Below are positions 16,516-26,178 of a DNA stretch of 32,422 nt, in pieces (within the stretch, counting starts at the first letter, position 1; every line of letters begins with the position of its first letter). The notes beneath the pieces are model-generated. The model was not told where the DNA came from. It saw nothing but the letters and a program-made list of their open reading frames with translations, and ran no database searches. A program made the position numbers and the translations under genes. This stretch comes from a virus, in IMG/VR virus record IMGVR_UViG_2925639251_000002; one strand, given 5' to 3'.

Positions 16516-16655
16516 ATGAAATTTATTCCACACTGCTTGAACAAGGATGGAAAATGACTGAAATAGATAACATGGACATTTACCATTACTTAGAGGTTTT
16601 GGCTGAAAAGAATAAACCAAAAATTAAGACAGTAACAATTGATCAAATCTTTTAG
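16458..16655 (+). CDS. -1 frameshift extension of the tail chaperone (gpGT analogue; AGEDGDEYTYERGIEQINEIYSTLLEQGWKMTEIDNMDIYHYLEVL...IDQIF)
   Basis: Slippery T TTT TTG at 16458-16464; the -1 frame is open to TAG 16653-16655 and carries a GWxxxEIDxMD motif. Confidence 0.8.
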   Translation, partial: FFAGEDGDEYTYERGIEQINEIYSTLLEQGWKMTEIDNMDIYHYLEVLAEKNKPKIKTVTIDQIF

Positions 16656-16679
16656 ACAGGTACTCACCTGTCTTTTTTT
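16654..16679 (+). terminator. Terminator-like hairpin before the tape measure gene
   Basis: AGACAGGT-ACTC-ACCTGTCT-TTTTTT. Confidence 0.7.
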
Positions 16680-16714
16680 ATTGAGTTTATGCCAGGAAAG
16701 CGGGGTGTTTACAT

Positions 16715-19700
16715 ATGGCTCAACCAATAGGAAACATGGTTGTCAAAGTAGGTCTTGATGATACAGGTTTTAATCGAGGTATTGAAGGCCTAAAAAGGCA
16801 AATGCGCCTGGCAAACTCAGAAATGAAGGCGGCCGGCAGTATTTATAAGAATACCGGTGACCAAACGAAGCTCCTTCAGTCGCAAATGGAAGGGCTAAAT
16901 AATAAATATAAGATTCAAGGCCGTTTAGTTCAAGAACACCGTCAGAGATATGATGAATTGGCCCGTCAAAAAGGAAAGGACAACCGCGAGACACAAATCC
17001 AAGCTCGGCGCTTAAATGATGCAATAGCTGTTCATCAAAATTTAGGAAGAGAACTGCAGCAAGTCAGCAAAGAATATGAAACCTTGTCAGGAAACACGAG
17101 CCGGGCTGCAAGTGTTTTCTCTGTCTTTAAAAAGGATTCACAAGAAGTATCAAAAGAATTAAAGGCTGTCTATAATTCAGCGACTGAAACAGGGAAGGCG
17201 CTGACAGCTATAGGGGCGGTTGGAGCCCTTGGCATAGGGGCAACTGTTAAGGCTGCAGCCAGCTTTGAAAAGGAAATGAGCCGGGTTGCAGCGTTAGCAA
17301 ATGCAACAGATGACCAAATGGCCGCGCTTACTGAAACTGCCCGCCATCTTGGGGCCGTAACACAATACACAGATGGTCAAGTAGCCGAAGGAATGCAGTA
17401 TTTAGCCATGGCCGGCTATAAAACCAATCAAATCATCGGCGCAATGCCTGGGTTATTGGCAACTGCTGCAGCTGGGCAAACCGATTTAGGTGTTACAGCT
17501 GATATTGTCTCAGACATTTTAACGGAGTTTCATATAAAAGCAGAGGACACTAACCGCGTTGCTGATGTTATGGCTTATACGTTTACCAATTCGAACGCTA
17601 GGCTTGAGGAAATTGGGCAAACCATGAAATATGCGGCTCCCGCAGCAAAAACCGCGGGCGTGAGCATGGAAGAATTGGCCGCGGCAACCGGGATCATGGC
17701 GAACAGCGGGATTAAAGCTGATATGGCCGGAACAGCTTTGCGTTCAACATTAACTCGTTTGGCTGCGCCTCCAAAGCCAGCAGCATCGGCAATCGAAGAG
17801 CTGGGGCTTAAAGTAACGGATTCAACTGGGAAAATGCGTCCGTTAGCGGACATCATAGGGCAAATAAACGAGAAAACCAAAGACTATACGGAGACAGAAC
17901 AAATCAGGATTGCCAAACAGCTTGCCGGACAGCATGCTCTATCAGGATTTATTACCTTAATGCACGCTGGAAAGGATAAACTCCAAGACTTCACAAAAGA
18001 GTTGGAAAACAGCGGCGGCACAGCTGAGAAAATCGCTGATAAGCAAATGGATAACTTAGCCGGTTCATTTGAATACCTAAAGTCGGCCACAAATAATGCT
18101 GTTATTACACTTGGAAATCAATTTATCCCAGTGATACGTGCTACAACAGACGTCATTACAAGTGCTGTGACATGGTTTGATTCCTTGCCTTCTTCAGTGG
18201 CGAGCACAATTGCCATTACAGGTGCAGCGGTCACTGTATTCTCGCTCTTGGGCGGTGCGTTCCTGCTCACATTAGGTTCTATTCCTAAAATGGCTGCAGG
18301 GTGGAATATGCTTCGCACAGCTGGTGCGTATTTAACTGGAAATGTGAACCGTGCTTCTACGAGTTTAACCGTTTATTCTGCTGAGGCGATTGCGGCCGGC
18401 ACAGCTTCAAGAACAGCGGCAGCGGGGATGACTGTCACTTCAACAGCAGCGGCAGCAGCATCCACAAGGATGGATCGATTCCATCAAACCTCTGCACTTG
18501 CCACAACCAGGGTAGGCCGGCTTGAACAAACGACAACCAGAAGCGCAAGAGCGATGAGTGGTCTTAGCGGCGCTTCACGTGTGGCTGGTCTTGGCCTGAG
18601 CTTGTTTGGCGGACCAGTTGGAACGATCGCCGGATTAATCCTTTCTTTTGCTCCTGAACTGCTCAAGTTCGGTTCAGGGATCATCAAAGCTGGTGTAAAT
18701 GCAGTAAAAGGCGCTGGCGGGTTTATGCAGCTTGCGAAAAGTGGATTTGGTCTTTTTAACATTCTAAAAAAAGGTGCCGGGATTGTTGGTCTTTTGCGCG
18801 GTGGACTTAGTTTGCTTGGGGGACCGATCGGAATAGCTGTTACTGGTGTCACCCTTCTAGCTGATGCGGGATTTAAGTATTATGACAACTTGAAAAAAAG
18901 GGTGCTGCCGGCAACTATCGACTTTGGCGATAAGGTGTCTGAATCTACTTCAAAAGCGATTAATGCTTATGAAGATATGAATACCAAAGTCGGTGCCAAG
19001 CTGAATTATTACTATTTAACCAACAAAAAGATCACGAAAAAAATCGCTGATAACATGTCAAGTGAGTATGAAAAGATGGGCCAAACCATTCTTGATGGCT
19101 ATCAAAAGAGCACTGATAAATCTTTGAAAGTGTTAAGTGATTTTTATGCTTCTAATAAAGAAATGTCAGAGAAAGAGAAGACAGAAACATTACAGAATAT
19201 CAAAGACAACAATAAGGACAAGCATAAAGAAATATCCGGGTATACTAAGCGCATCAAAAAGATTTGGGAAAATGCTGCTAAAGATCACCGAGATATTACA
19301 GATGGCGAACGTAAGGAAATAGAACAGATTATAAAGAAAATGAATAGCCATGTTGAATCTGCTCTTACTAAGAGTAAAGAAGAGCAGACAATTATCGCTG
19401 GAAAACTAAAAGACAACAAAACCCAACTTTCTGCAAAAGAAGCAGCTGCCACAGTTAAAAACAGCAAAAAAGCAAAAGACAATGTGGTCAAGAATGCTGA
19501 AAAACAATATAAAGAAGTGGTAAAAAACGCTGATCTAGAGTATTACGTCAAGGGTTCTATCACTAAAAAACAACATGATGATACAGTTAGCTCTGCGAAG
19601 AGCCAAAAAGATCAGGTTGTGAAACAGGCTGAAAAAACTCATAAAGGCGTGGTAAGTGAAGCGAAGCTACAGGCTGCTGGGCATTTAGAAGAAGTAGATT

Positions 19701-21202
19701 GGGAGACAGGGGAAGTGCTCGGGAAATGGGATACTTTTCTCGTTGATCTAGCAGGAGTAGTTAATAAAATTACCGGCGGGATCAATACTGTTCTTGAGTT
19801 CATGCACATTCCTACCATTCCTGAATGGAAGCCTAAAGGGTACAGCCGCAATTCTGAAATGCAGGTAGCGCCAGGCAGGGCCTATGCAAAAGGGACAGAC
19901 TTTCACCCAGGCGGAAGGGCGTTAGTCGGTGAAGAAGGATTTGAGCTTGCTCATACACCAGGCATCGGAACGTATGTGGTTGGAATGGGTGGCCCGCAGG
20001 TTTGGGATTTACCGCGTGGTACATCGGTTCTCCCACATAGTCAGTCAAAAGAAGTTATGGCAACCGGTCTTCCTGGTTATGCAGGCGGTGTCGGCAGCTT
20101 CTTCAAAGACGCCCTTAATGGTTCCAAGAAGCTTGTGAAAGGAGCCATTTCAGCAGGGAAGGGTGTTGTCAATAAAGCGAAAGATGTTGCATCGGGTGCT
20201 ATGGAAATGATCCTGAACGGTCCTGAGAAAATGATTAAGAACTTGTTTAAAGGCTTTATCCCTTTTAAATCAGGCAAAGGTGTGGACTCACTAGGAACTG
20301 GTATCCTCCAAACATTAAAAAATGGAGCTGGTCAGTTTTTAAAAAGCATTCTTCCGGATGCCGGGCTTTTCACAGCAGATGCTTATAAGGGAGCGACAGG
20401 GTCTGCCCAGGTTCAAAAATGGGTAGCGGAAGCTGTTGGCATTGCTGGTGTACCATTCTCATGGGTTCCTGGTTTGATCACCATTGCAATGAAGGAATCT
20501 GGTGGGAATCCCAATGCAATAAACCTTACTGACTCAAATGCAAGAGCTGGTCATCCTTCTCAGGGGTTGATGCAGACAATTCCAAGTACATTCGCATCAA
20601 ATGCGTTTCCTGGGCACAATAACATGTTGAATCCGGTAGATAACATTTTGGCTGCAATCAATTACATCAAAGGTCGCTATGGGGATATATCCAATCACCC
20701 AGGATTGAAATCAATGGCTCGCGGCGGCCCGTATGTGGGATACGCAAAAGGAGGAACTTCACCAGGGCGCGGCGGCTCTAAATGGGCAATTCTAAACGAA
20801 CGGGGCTTTGATGAAACCACGATTACAACAGACCCGACGTATCGGGAACGCAACATCGGTTTATGGGCGCGTGTAGGACGTGAGCTTGGTGTTCTTCCGT
20901 CACTTCAACAAGGGATGATTTCAAAGGCCCTTGTACTGCTTCAAAAAGCTTCAATGGCTAAAGCTGAGGCAGAGCCGCAAACCAATGTGAATGTTGACAT
21001 GAGCCGTGTGGTTGAGAATCAAGAGAAGCAAATCAGCATGATGAGCCAGCAGATAGATGCTCTACAGCAAAACATTCAGCTTTTGCAGCAGCTTGTTTTG
21101 AAAGACAATCACACGTATATAGACGGGACTAGACTGGATCAAACCAGTGCGGACCGATATAACAAAAAACGTTATAGAAACGGGGGTAAGCCTGCATGGT
21201 AA
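16715..21202 (+). CDS. Tail tape measure protein (TP901-family core) with a C-terminal SLT lytic transglycosylase domain
   Basis: FEKEMSRV.A, LAMAGY, AGTALRS; ESGGNPNA...GLMQ...NILAAINY; YAKGT motifs. Confidence 0.95.
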   Translation: MAQPIGNMVVKVGLDDTGFNRGIEGLKRQMRLANSEMKAAGSIYKNTGDQTKLLQSQMEGLNNKYKIQGRLVQEHRQRYDELARQKGKDNRETQIQARRLNDAIAVHQNLGRELQQVSKEYETLSGNTSRAASVFSVFKKDSQEVSKELKAVYNSATETGKALTAIGAVGALGIGATVKAAASFEKEMSRVAALANATDDQMAALTETARHLGAVTQYTDGQVAEGMQYLAMAGYKTNQIIGAMPGLLATAAAGQTDLGVTADIVSDILTEFHIKAEDTNRVADVMAYTFTNSNARLEEIGQTMKYAAPAAKTAGVSMEELAAATGIMANSGIKADMAGTALRSTLTRLAAPPKPAASAIEELGLKVTDSTGKMRPLADIIGQINEKTKDYTETEQIRIAKQLAGQHALSGFITLMHAGKDKLQDFTKELENSGGTAEKIADKQMDNLAGSFEYLKSATNNAVITLGNQFIPVIRATTDVITSAVTWFDSLPSSVASTIAITGAAVTVFSLLGGAFLLTLGSIPKMAAGWNMLRTAGAYLTGNVNRASTSLTVYSAEAIAAGTASRTAAAGMTVTSTAAAAASTRMDRFHQTSALATTRVGRLEQTTTRSARAMSGLSGASRVAGLGLSLFGGPVGTIAGLILSFAPELLKFGSGIIKAGVNAVKGAGGFMQLAKSGFGLFNILKKGAGIVGLLRGGLSLLGGPIGIAVTGVTLLADAGFKYYDNLKKRVLPATIDFGDKVSESTSKAINAYEDMNTKVGAKLNYYYLTNKKITKKIADNMSSEYEKMGQTILDGYQKSTDKSLKVLSDFYASNKEMSEKEKTETLQNIKDNNKDKHKEISGYTKRIKKIWENAAKDHRDITDGERKEIEQIIKKMNSHVESALTKSKEEQTIIAGKLKDNKTQLSAKEAAATVKNSKKAKDNVVKNAEKQYKEVVKNADLEYYVKGSITKKQHDDTVSSAKSQKDQVVKQAEKTHKGVVSEAKLQAAGHLEEVDWETGEVLGKWDTFLVDLAGVVNKITGGINTVLEFMHIPTIPEWKPKGYSRNSEMQVAPGRAYAKGTDFHPGGRALVGEEGFELAHTPGIGTYVVGMGGPQVWDLPRGTSVLPHSQSKEVMATGLPGYAGGVGSFFKDALNGSKKLVKGAISAGKGVVNKAKDVASGAMEMILNGPEKMIKNLFKGFIPFKSGKGVDSLGTGILQTLKNGAGQFLKSILPDAGLFTADAYKGATGSAQVQKWVAEAVGIAGVPFSWVPGLITIAMKESGGNPNAINLTDSNARAGHPSQGLMQTIPSTFASNAFPGHNNMLNPVDNILAAINYIKGRYGDISNHPGLKSMARGGPYVGYAKGGTSPGRGGSKWAILNERGFDETTITTDPTYRERNIGLWARVGRELGVLPSLQQGMISKALVLLQKASMAKAEAEPQTNVNVDMSRVVENQEKQISMMSQQIDALQQNIQLLQQLVLKDNHTYIDGTRLDQTSADRYNKKRYRNGGKPAW

Positions 21203-22004
21203 AACTGTTTATTGATTTCAATAACGGATTAGGGGAGCAAAGCCTTGACAGCTTACTCCCTCAATTTGAAGTATTAAGCTTTCTGCCGGAAGCTCCGAAT
21301 ATTAATCGGGAAACAATTACGATCCCTCGGCGGCACGGTTTGATTTTACCGCAGCATCCACGCGATGTGACTTACAGTGAAAGAAAAATAGATGTTGAGA
21401 TTTATTTGAATGCACTCAAGCATGAGAATTTTTATATGTATCGGCATCAGCTATATGCCCTATTGGTTAAGCCGTTTCCTTATTACATTTCTTCTGATAT
21501 GTGGCCGAATCGCCGTTTCCTTGTCACTTGTGACGGGAATTTCAGTATCCAAAAAGAGAAGGAGAAAACCTACAATGATTTTTCTGTGGAGTTCACCAAT
21601 ATTACAGGGATGGCAGAATCAACTTTTACAACAAAACTTTTGGAATGAACATCCCGCCTAATGATCAGTTGAACTATTCATTTAAGAATCAGAAACGTTT
21701 CTCTGTTTTTAATCCCGGCGATGTGCAGATAAATCCATTGGATCATGATTACAATGTCCTGTTAAATGCTGCAGGTAAAAATGTAAAGTTGATCAATCAT
21801 ACTAATGACGAAAAGCTTACGATTGAACAGGAACTAAAGAAAAGTCAGCAGGTTTCTTTTCTCAAACAATATACAATCATTAATAACACGCCGATTAAAA
21901 CATCTGGCCGGCTGCCGAGTCTTGAAATAGGATGGAATGAGTTTGAAGTTCAGAACACAAGTGACTTCACCATCCAATTCGATACTCGGCTTTATTATTT
22001 GTAA
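21196..22004 (+). pseudogene. Distal tail protein (Dit), split into two ORFs (21196-21648 and 21645-22004)
   Basis: Occupies the Dit position. The N-half has the YSERKIDV and GMAES motifs; the C-half has FNPGDVQINP and SLEIGWNEF. The second frame reads FGMNIP through the junction and has no RBS. Confidence 0.65.
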
Positions 22005-22018
22005 GAGGTGGTGGTTTT

Positions 22019-23722
22019 TTGGCTAAAGAGGATTTCATTAAACAAATAGCCGCCGACGCTCAAAGAGTTTATAAAAACCATCAAATTCTTGCTTCGTTAA
22101 TCATTGCCCAGGGATGTCTTGAGAGTGCATGGGGAACAAGTGAACTTGCAACAAAAGGACACAACCTGTTTGGAATGAAAGGCGAGTATAAGGGACAATA
22201 TGTCACTATGATGACATGGGAAGTCATCAACGGTGAAAATGTTCAGGTTCCGGCAAAGTTTAGAAAATATCCCTCTTGGAAAGAGTCAATTGATGATTTA
22301 GCTAACCTGTATCTCAATGGCGTAAGCTGGGATAAAAATCATTACAGGGCCGTTGTCGGAGAGACGGATTATCAAAAAGCCACAGCTGCCCTCGTAAAAG
22401 CTGGATATGCAACTGATCCAAATTATGCAACAAAGCTCAATAGCATTATTTTCACGTATAAATTAACCAAATACGATACAACTGAGGGGCTGCCCGACAA
22501 TCCGGATGAACCTAGTAATCCTGATCCGATCGTAGACCTGCCGAGCAAAGAGTATGACGGAAAAGATATTACGCTAAATCAGAGCCTTCCTAAAGATGTA
22601 TATTTTCCAAAGCTGCATGTGGCGAGTCAGGACGATTCACAAGCTATTGAAGTCATCGGAGCAGACCCGGACTTATTAGACGATACGACAGGGAAAAAGG
22701 ACATTGAATTTACGATCACAAGGACAGCTGATAATGGCACAGAATACGACTTGCTTGTGAATGACAATATTCTTTATCTTGATGAGAAAAAATTCAATCA
22801 TCAAAAGTATTTCATCACAGATATTGCAATTAACCAGGAAGGAACACTTTCAAAAAAAGTAACAGCAAGCCACGTTTATGTTGTGACACTAAACAACCAC
22901 TATGTAGAAGATACGATCAGCGGGACGTTTACCGTCAGGAAGATGCTTGATTTTGTTTTTAAAGGCACAAAATTAAGGTACATCTTTATGGACAAAGAAA
23001 GTGAGTTCTCTAGCGTTGAACAAGAGAATTTCGGTGACAGATTCGGAAATGATCTGATGGATGAAATTGTGGAAGATTATGGCTTAGAATTAGATGTCGA
23101 TAATTATAAAGTCTACGTGTATAAGAAAATGGGCAAACGAATAAATCATACACTTGATACTCGATATAATATGCCTGGTATCACAATCAAAACCTCTACT
23201 CAAGGGTGCTCCACAAGGGCGAGGGGATTTGGTGCCATTAAAGAAAACAGCAGCACAGACAGCAAAAAAACGGAATATGTTTTTGAGCCAGTTTTGTACA
23301 AGCATCCTGATGAAGATAAATTCCTCATTGATGGCATGCCGAGATGGGCAGAACCATTGAGGGATGAAAAATATAAAAAAGCATCCAGTATGTTGGCGGC
23401 TTTGAAAAAGTATGTAAACCCATATCCACAGACAGAAATAGAAGTGGATTATGAATACATCTACGAGCCGAAGCTTTTAAAGATACAAGAGGATTTCTGG
23501 AAGGGTGACACACTGCATATTTTGGCTGACACATCATATGGCGTAACGTACGAAGATGATGTCCGTCTTTTGGCCATTCAATATAAACCATTAAATCCTT
23601 ACGCAAAACCGACACTGACTTTTGCTAATTTCCGAAAAGATATTCAAGACATACGGATGGAGCAAGAGAAGAGATTGAAAGATCAAAAGCGATATATGCA
23701 AAAACTAAGAATGATGATATGA
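22019..23722 (+). CDS. Tal-like tail protein with an N-terminal GH73 glucosaminidase domain
   Basis: LIIAQGCLESAWG, NLFGMKG, FRKY.SW.ES, GYATDPNYA.KL, followed by a prophage tail endopeptidase-like domain (ENFGD, STRARGFG). Confidence 0.88.
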   Translation: MAKEDFIKQIAADAQRVYKNHQILASLIIAQGCLESAWGTSELATKGHNLFGMKGEYKGQYVTMMTWEVINGENVQVPAKFRKYPSWKESIDDLANLYLNGVSWDKNHYRAVVGETDYQKATAALVKAGYATDPNYATKLNSIIFTYKLTKYDTTEGLPDNPDEPSNPDPIVDLPSKEYDGKDITLNQSLPKDVYFPKLHVASQDDSQAIEVIGADPDLLDDTTGKKDIEFTITRTADNGTEYDLLVNDNILYLDEKKFNHQKYFITDIAINQEGTLSKKVTASHVYVVTLNNHYVEDTISGTFTVRKMLDFVFKGTKLRYIFMDKESEFSSVEQENFGDRFGNDLMDEIVEDYGLELDVDNYKVYVYKKMGKRINHTLDTRYNMPGITIKTSTQGCSTRARGFGAIKENSSTDSKKTEYVFEPVLYKHPDEDKFLIDGMPRWAEPLRDEKYKKASSMLAALKKYVNPYPQTEIEVDYEYIYEPKLLKIQEDFWKGDTLHILADTSYGVTYEDDVRLLAIQYKPLNPYAKPTLTFANFRKDIQDIRMEQEKRLKDQKRYMQKLRMMI

Positions 23723-23745
23723 GCACTCTTACCAGGGTGCTTTTT
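23721..23745 (+). terminator. Terminator-like hairpin
   Basis: GAGCACTCT-TACC-AGGGTGCTT-TTT. Confidence 0.7.
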
Positions 23746-23773
23746 GTGTTGTTCTTGAAAGGAGAGTGATCTC

Positions 23774-25672
23774 ATGGTGATCAGATTAATAAAAGATTAT
23801 AATTCTACAAAAGATTCACTATATCTTGCGCAGCAGCGGGATGACCTGGAAAGCATTGAAAATGGATTAAATGGACTATCCAATTCCATTGCCAATCATA
23901 AATCGGCTGTCACTGCTCATACGTCTTCTCAAGTCGCTCATGGCGGCGGGCTGACAGTTTATGAGGAAATTGAAATAGCGAAAGCTCGACTGCGAAACAT
24001 TATTTTAGAAGCAGATGGGACCAATATAAAAGAAACCTTGGATGCTCGTGTAGACAAAAGAGGGAAAGTCTATCCATCTTTACGTGATCACCTTGTCGCA
24101 AACGAAACTGATTTCGAAAACTTGGATTCAATGATTCAAAAGGAATTGTCTTTTGACTTTACAACCGTTCCGCCGGTTTATCATACAAACTTGAATTTAA
24201 CAGATAAAACGGTGCTTCAGTGTTTTGTCATTGATGAATTAACAGGTGACATCTACGCCACACAGGTTGCCAGCGGTAATCAAGATAAAAGTGAGAGTTT
24301 CACCATTACCCGGATGAATCAAAATGGGGTGATGCTGGACAGCATGACACTCATTCATGGCGGACACGGTACCACAATTGGACTGGAACGAGAAAACGGG
24401 AAAATGTATATCTGGTCCAACTATAATGTTGTCGATTCAAACGGAAACACTGTCGGAAATGATCTTGTGCGTTTCCCTTATACAGCGGGCGCCACATTGA
24501 ACGGTGGCAGCGGAGACATTAAACGCTATAACAAATTCAACGATTATTATACGATTCCTGCCATTGATAGAGAAAACGGCTTGATTGCGTTCCGAATCAG
24601 ATTAAAAGACGATAATAGTCTGGTAGAGCTCAGGAAGTTAAGTGATGTAAAAAACGGCGTAAATAAAGTCTTGGGAAAGGTGATCATTCCGAATGACTTG
24701 TTTTATCTCCAAGGTTTTACAATAGATGGCTACGATTTGTACTGGTACACCGGAGATACAAATAACAAAACATATCCATGTGAAATTACGCAATTTAGTT
24801 TTAAGGATGGAAGCTTGAAAAAGCGTATCTCTTGTAATTTTGGTTATGGGCCAGACGGCAAATACGAAGATGGTTTCCGAGAGCCTGAGTCAATCTTTTT
24901 ATACAAGGACCCGAAGACAGGAAAGAAATCACTCTTCGCAGGTGTGGCGACGGGAGCCGTCGGAAAAAGACTTGCCAAGGTTTACGCCTACCATTCGAAA
25001 GAGAATGCAGCCAAATTCGGAATTGATTTGGCTCAAGGGTATCAAGGATATAAACTCACTCAAAACAATGGCTATTCAAAACGGCTTCCAGACGGCTTAA
25101 AGTCTCTAAAAGAATTTAGGCAGCCCGGTTTTTACTATATGCTTACGACAGAAACAAAGACGCTTTCAGATCATCCGGACAGCGGTAACGCCGGATGGTG
25201 GTTAAACATTGCGCCAGCAGATCGTGCCGGCTCAGTTATTCAAACGTTGACCAGAAACGCAACAGCGCGGCCAATTAAAATTTTGACAAGAGTTGTTACA
25301 AATGACGGGAATGTTGGCGATTGGTCAGAGATTTCATTAAGTGGAAAGCTGCCCTGGGCAGACCTTCCTTTAAAGAATGGCGCAAAGAACCCTGACAGCA
25401 ACTATCGTCTACAATTTGCAGTACAGGGAGGTTTTCTTTTTGTAAGGGGCCGAGTTACCATTCCGCAAAAAGACGGCGTTGATTTTGCAACCTTGCCTGC
25501 CAGTGCCCGCCCTAAAAAGAATACCTATAAAAGCTGCCCTGTAGCCGGAACAACAGGAGATAGAAAGATTGTTTTTCGATCAAATGGAAATATCTCTGCT
25601 CTCGGGCTATTTGCAAAAAGCGCGTCGAACGCAACATACACCTATATTGATGAAATCATCAAGCTGGATTAA
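23774..25672 (+). CDS. Receptor-binding/baseplate protein with a TagC/P68-RBP-like beta-propeller
   Basis: ETLDARVD..G.VY.SL..L shaft; VLQCFVID, GGHGT.IGLE, LQGF, EPES motifs. Confidence 0.8.
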   Translation: MVIRLIKDYNSTKDSLYLAQQRDDLESIENGLNGLSNSIANHKSAVTAHTSSQVAHGGGLTVYEEIEIAKARLRNIILEADGTNIKETLDARVDKRGKVYPSLRDHLVANETDFENLDSMIQKELSFDFTTVPPVYHTNLNLTDKTVLQCFVIDELTGDIYATQVASGNQDKSESFTITRMNQNGVMLDSMTLIHGGHGTTIGLERENGKMYIWSNYNVVDSNGNTVGNDLVRFPYTAGATLNGGSGDIKRYNKFNDYYTIPAIDRENGLIAFRIRLKDDNSLVELRKLSDVKNGVNKVLGKVIIPNDLFYLQGFTIDGYDLYWYTGDTNNKTYPCEITQFSFKDGSLKKRISCNFGYGPDGKYEDGFREPESIFLYKDPKTGKKSLFAGVATGAVGKRLAKVYAYHSKENAAKFGIDLAQGYQGYKLTQNNGYSKRLPDGLKSLKEFRQPGFYYMLTTETKTLSDHPDSGNAGWWLNIAPADRAGSVIQTLTRNATARPIKILTRVVTNDGNVGDWSEISLSGKLPWADLPLKNGAKNPDSNYRLQFAVQGGFLFVRGRVTIPQKDGVDFATLPASARPKKNTYKSCPVAGTTGDRKIVFRSNGNISALGLFAKSASNATYTYIDEIIKLD

Positions 25673-25687
25673 AAAGGGGTGTCTCAT

Positions 25688-25996
25688 ATGGAATATGAAC
25701 AAATGTGGGCTTATCAATATGATGAAAACTATATTTATGATTGCCCGGTTGAAATTCAATACATCGAAGATGATGACGGAAACGTAAAGCGTGTTGTTCC
25801 GGAAAATGCAACCGAGATGTGTCCGGGTGACCTGGTGCAGGCCAAATGGACGGGAACAGAGTGGGTAGAAAGCGCATCGGCTGAATACATTGAGTCTCTT
25901 GAGACAGCTGGTTCAGATGATGAAAGCGACGGGGCAAAGGCGCTGAAAGCTGTTGCCGATATACTTGAAACAATGGTAAGGGGTGATGCGGGATGA
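25688..25996 (+). CDS. Tail fibre assembly chaperone-like protein
   Basis: YQYDENYIY, PENATE..P, KWTGTEWVE; ATG 25688 follows AAGGGGTG. Confidence 0.75.
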   Translation: MEYEQMWAYQYDENYIYDCPVEIQYIEDDDGNVKRVVPENATEMCPGDLVQAKWTGTEWVESASAEYIESLETAGSDDESDGAKALKAVADILETMVRGDAG

Positions 25997-26166
25997 GCAG
26001 CCCTTTTTATAATGCTATCAAGACGTGTTATCTATCAGGGTATTGGGATGGAAAGGAGGAGCTTCTTTCTATGGCTGTCGATCAAGGCAAGATAACAGAA
26101 GAGGAAATGAATGAGATCAAAAGGCTCCGACAGGCTGACAAAGGATCTCCTTCTATAGAAGAGTAA
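25993..26166 (+). CDS. XkdX-family small protein (57 aa; MSSPFYNAIKTCYLSGYW...AVDQGKITEEEMNEIK...)
   Basis: ATGA overlap; GKITxEExxEI motif. Below the ORF-track cut-off. Confidence 0.8.
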   Translation: MSSPFYNAIKTCYLSGYWDGKEELLSMAVDQGKITEEEMNEIKRLRQADKGSPSIEE

Positions 26167-26178
26167 AGGAGGGACACT

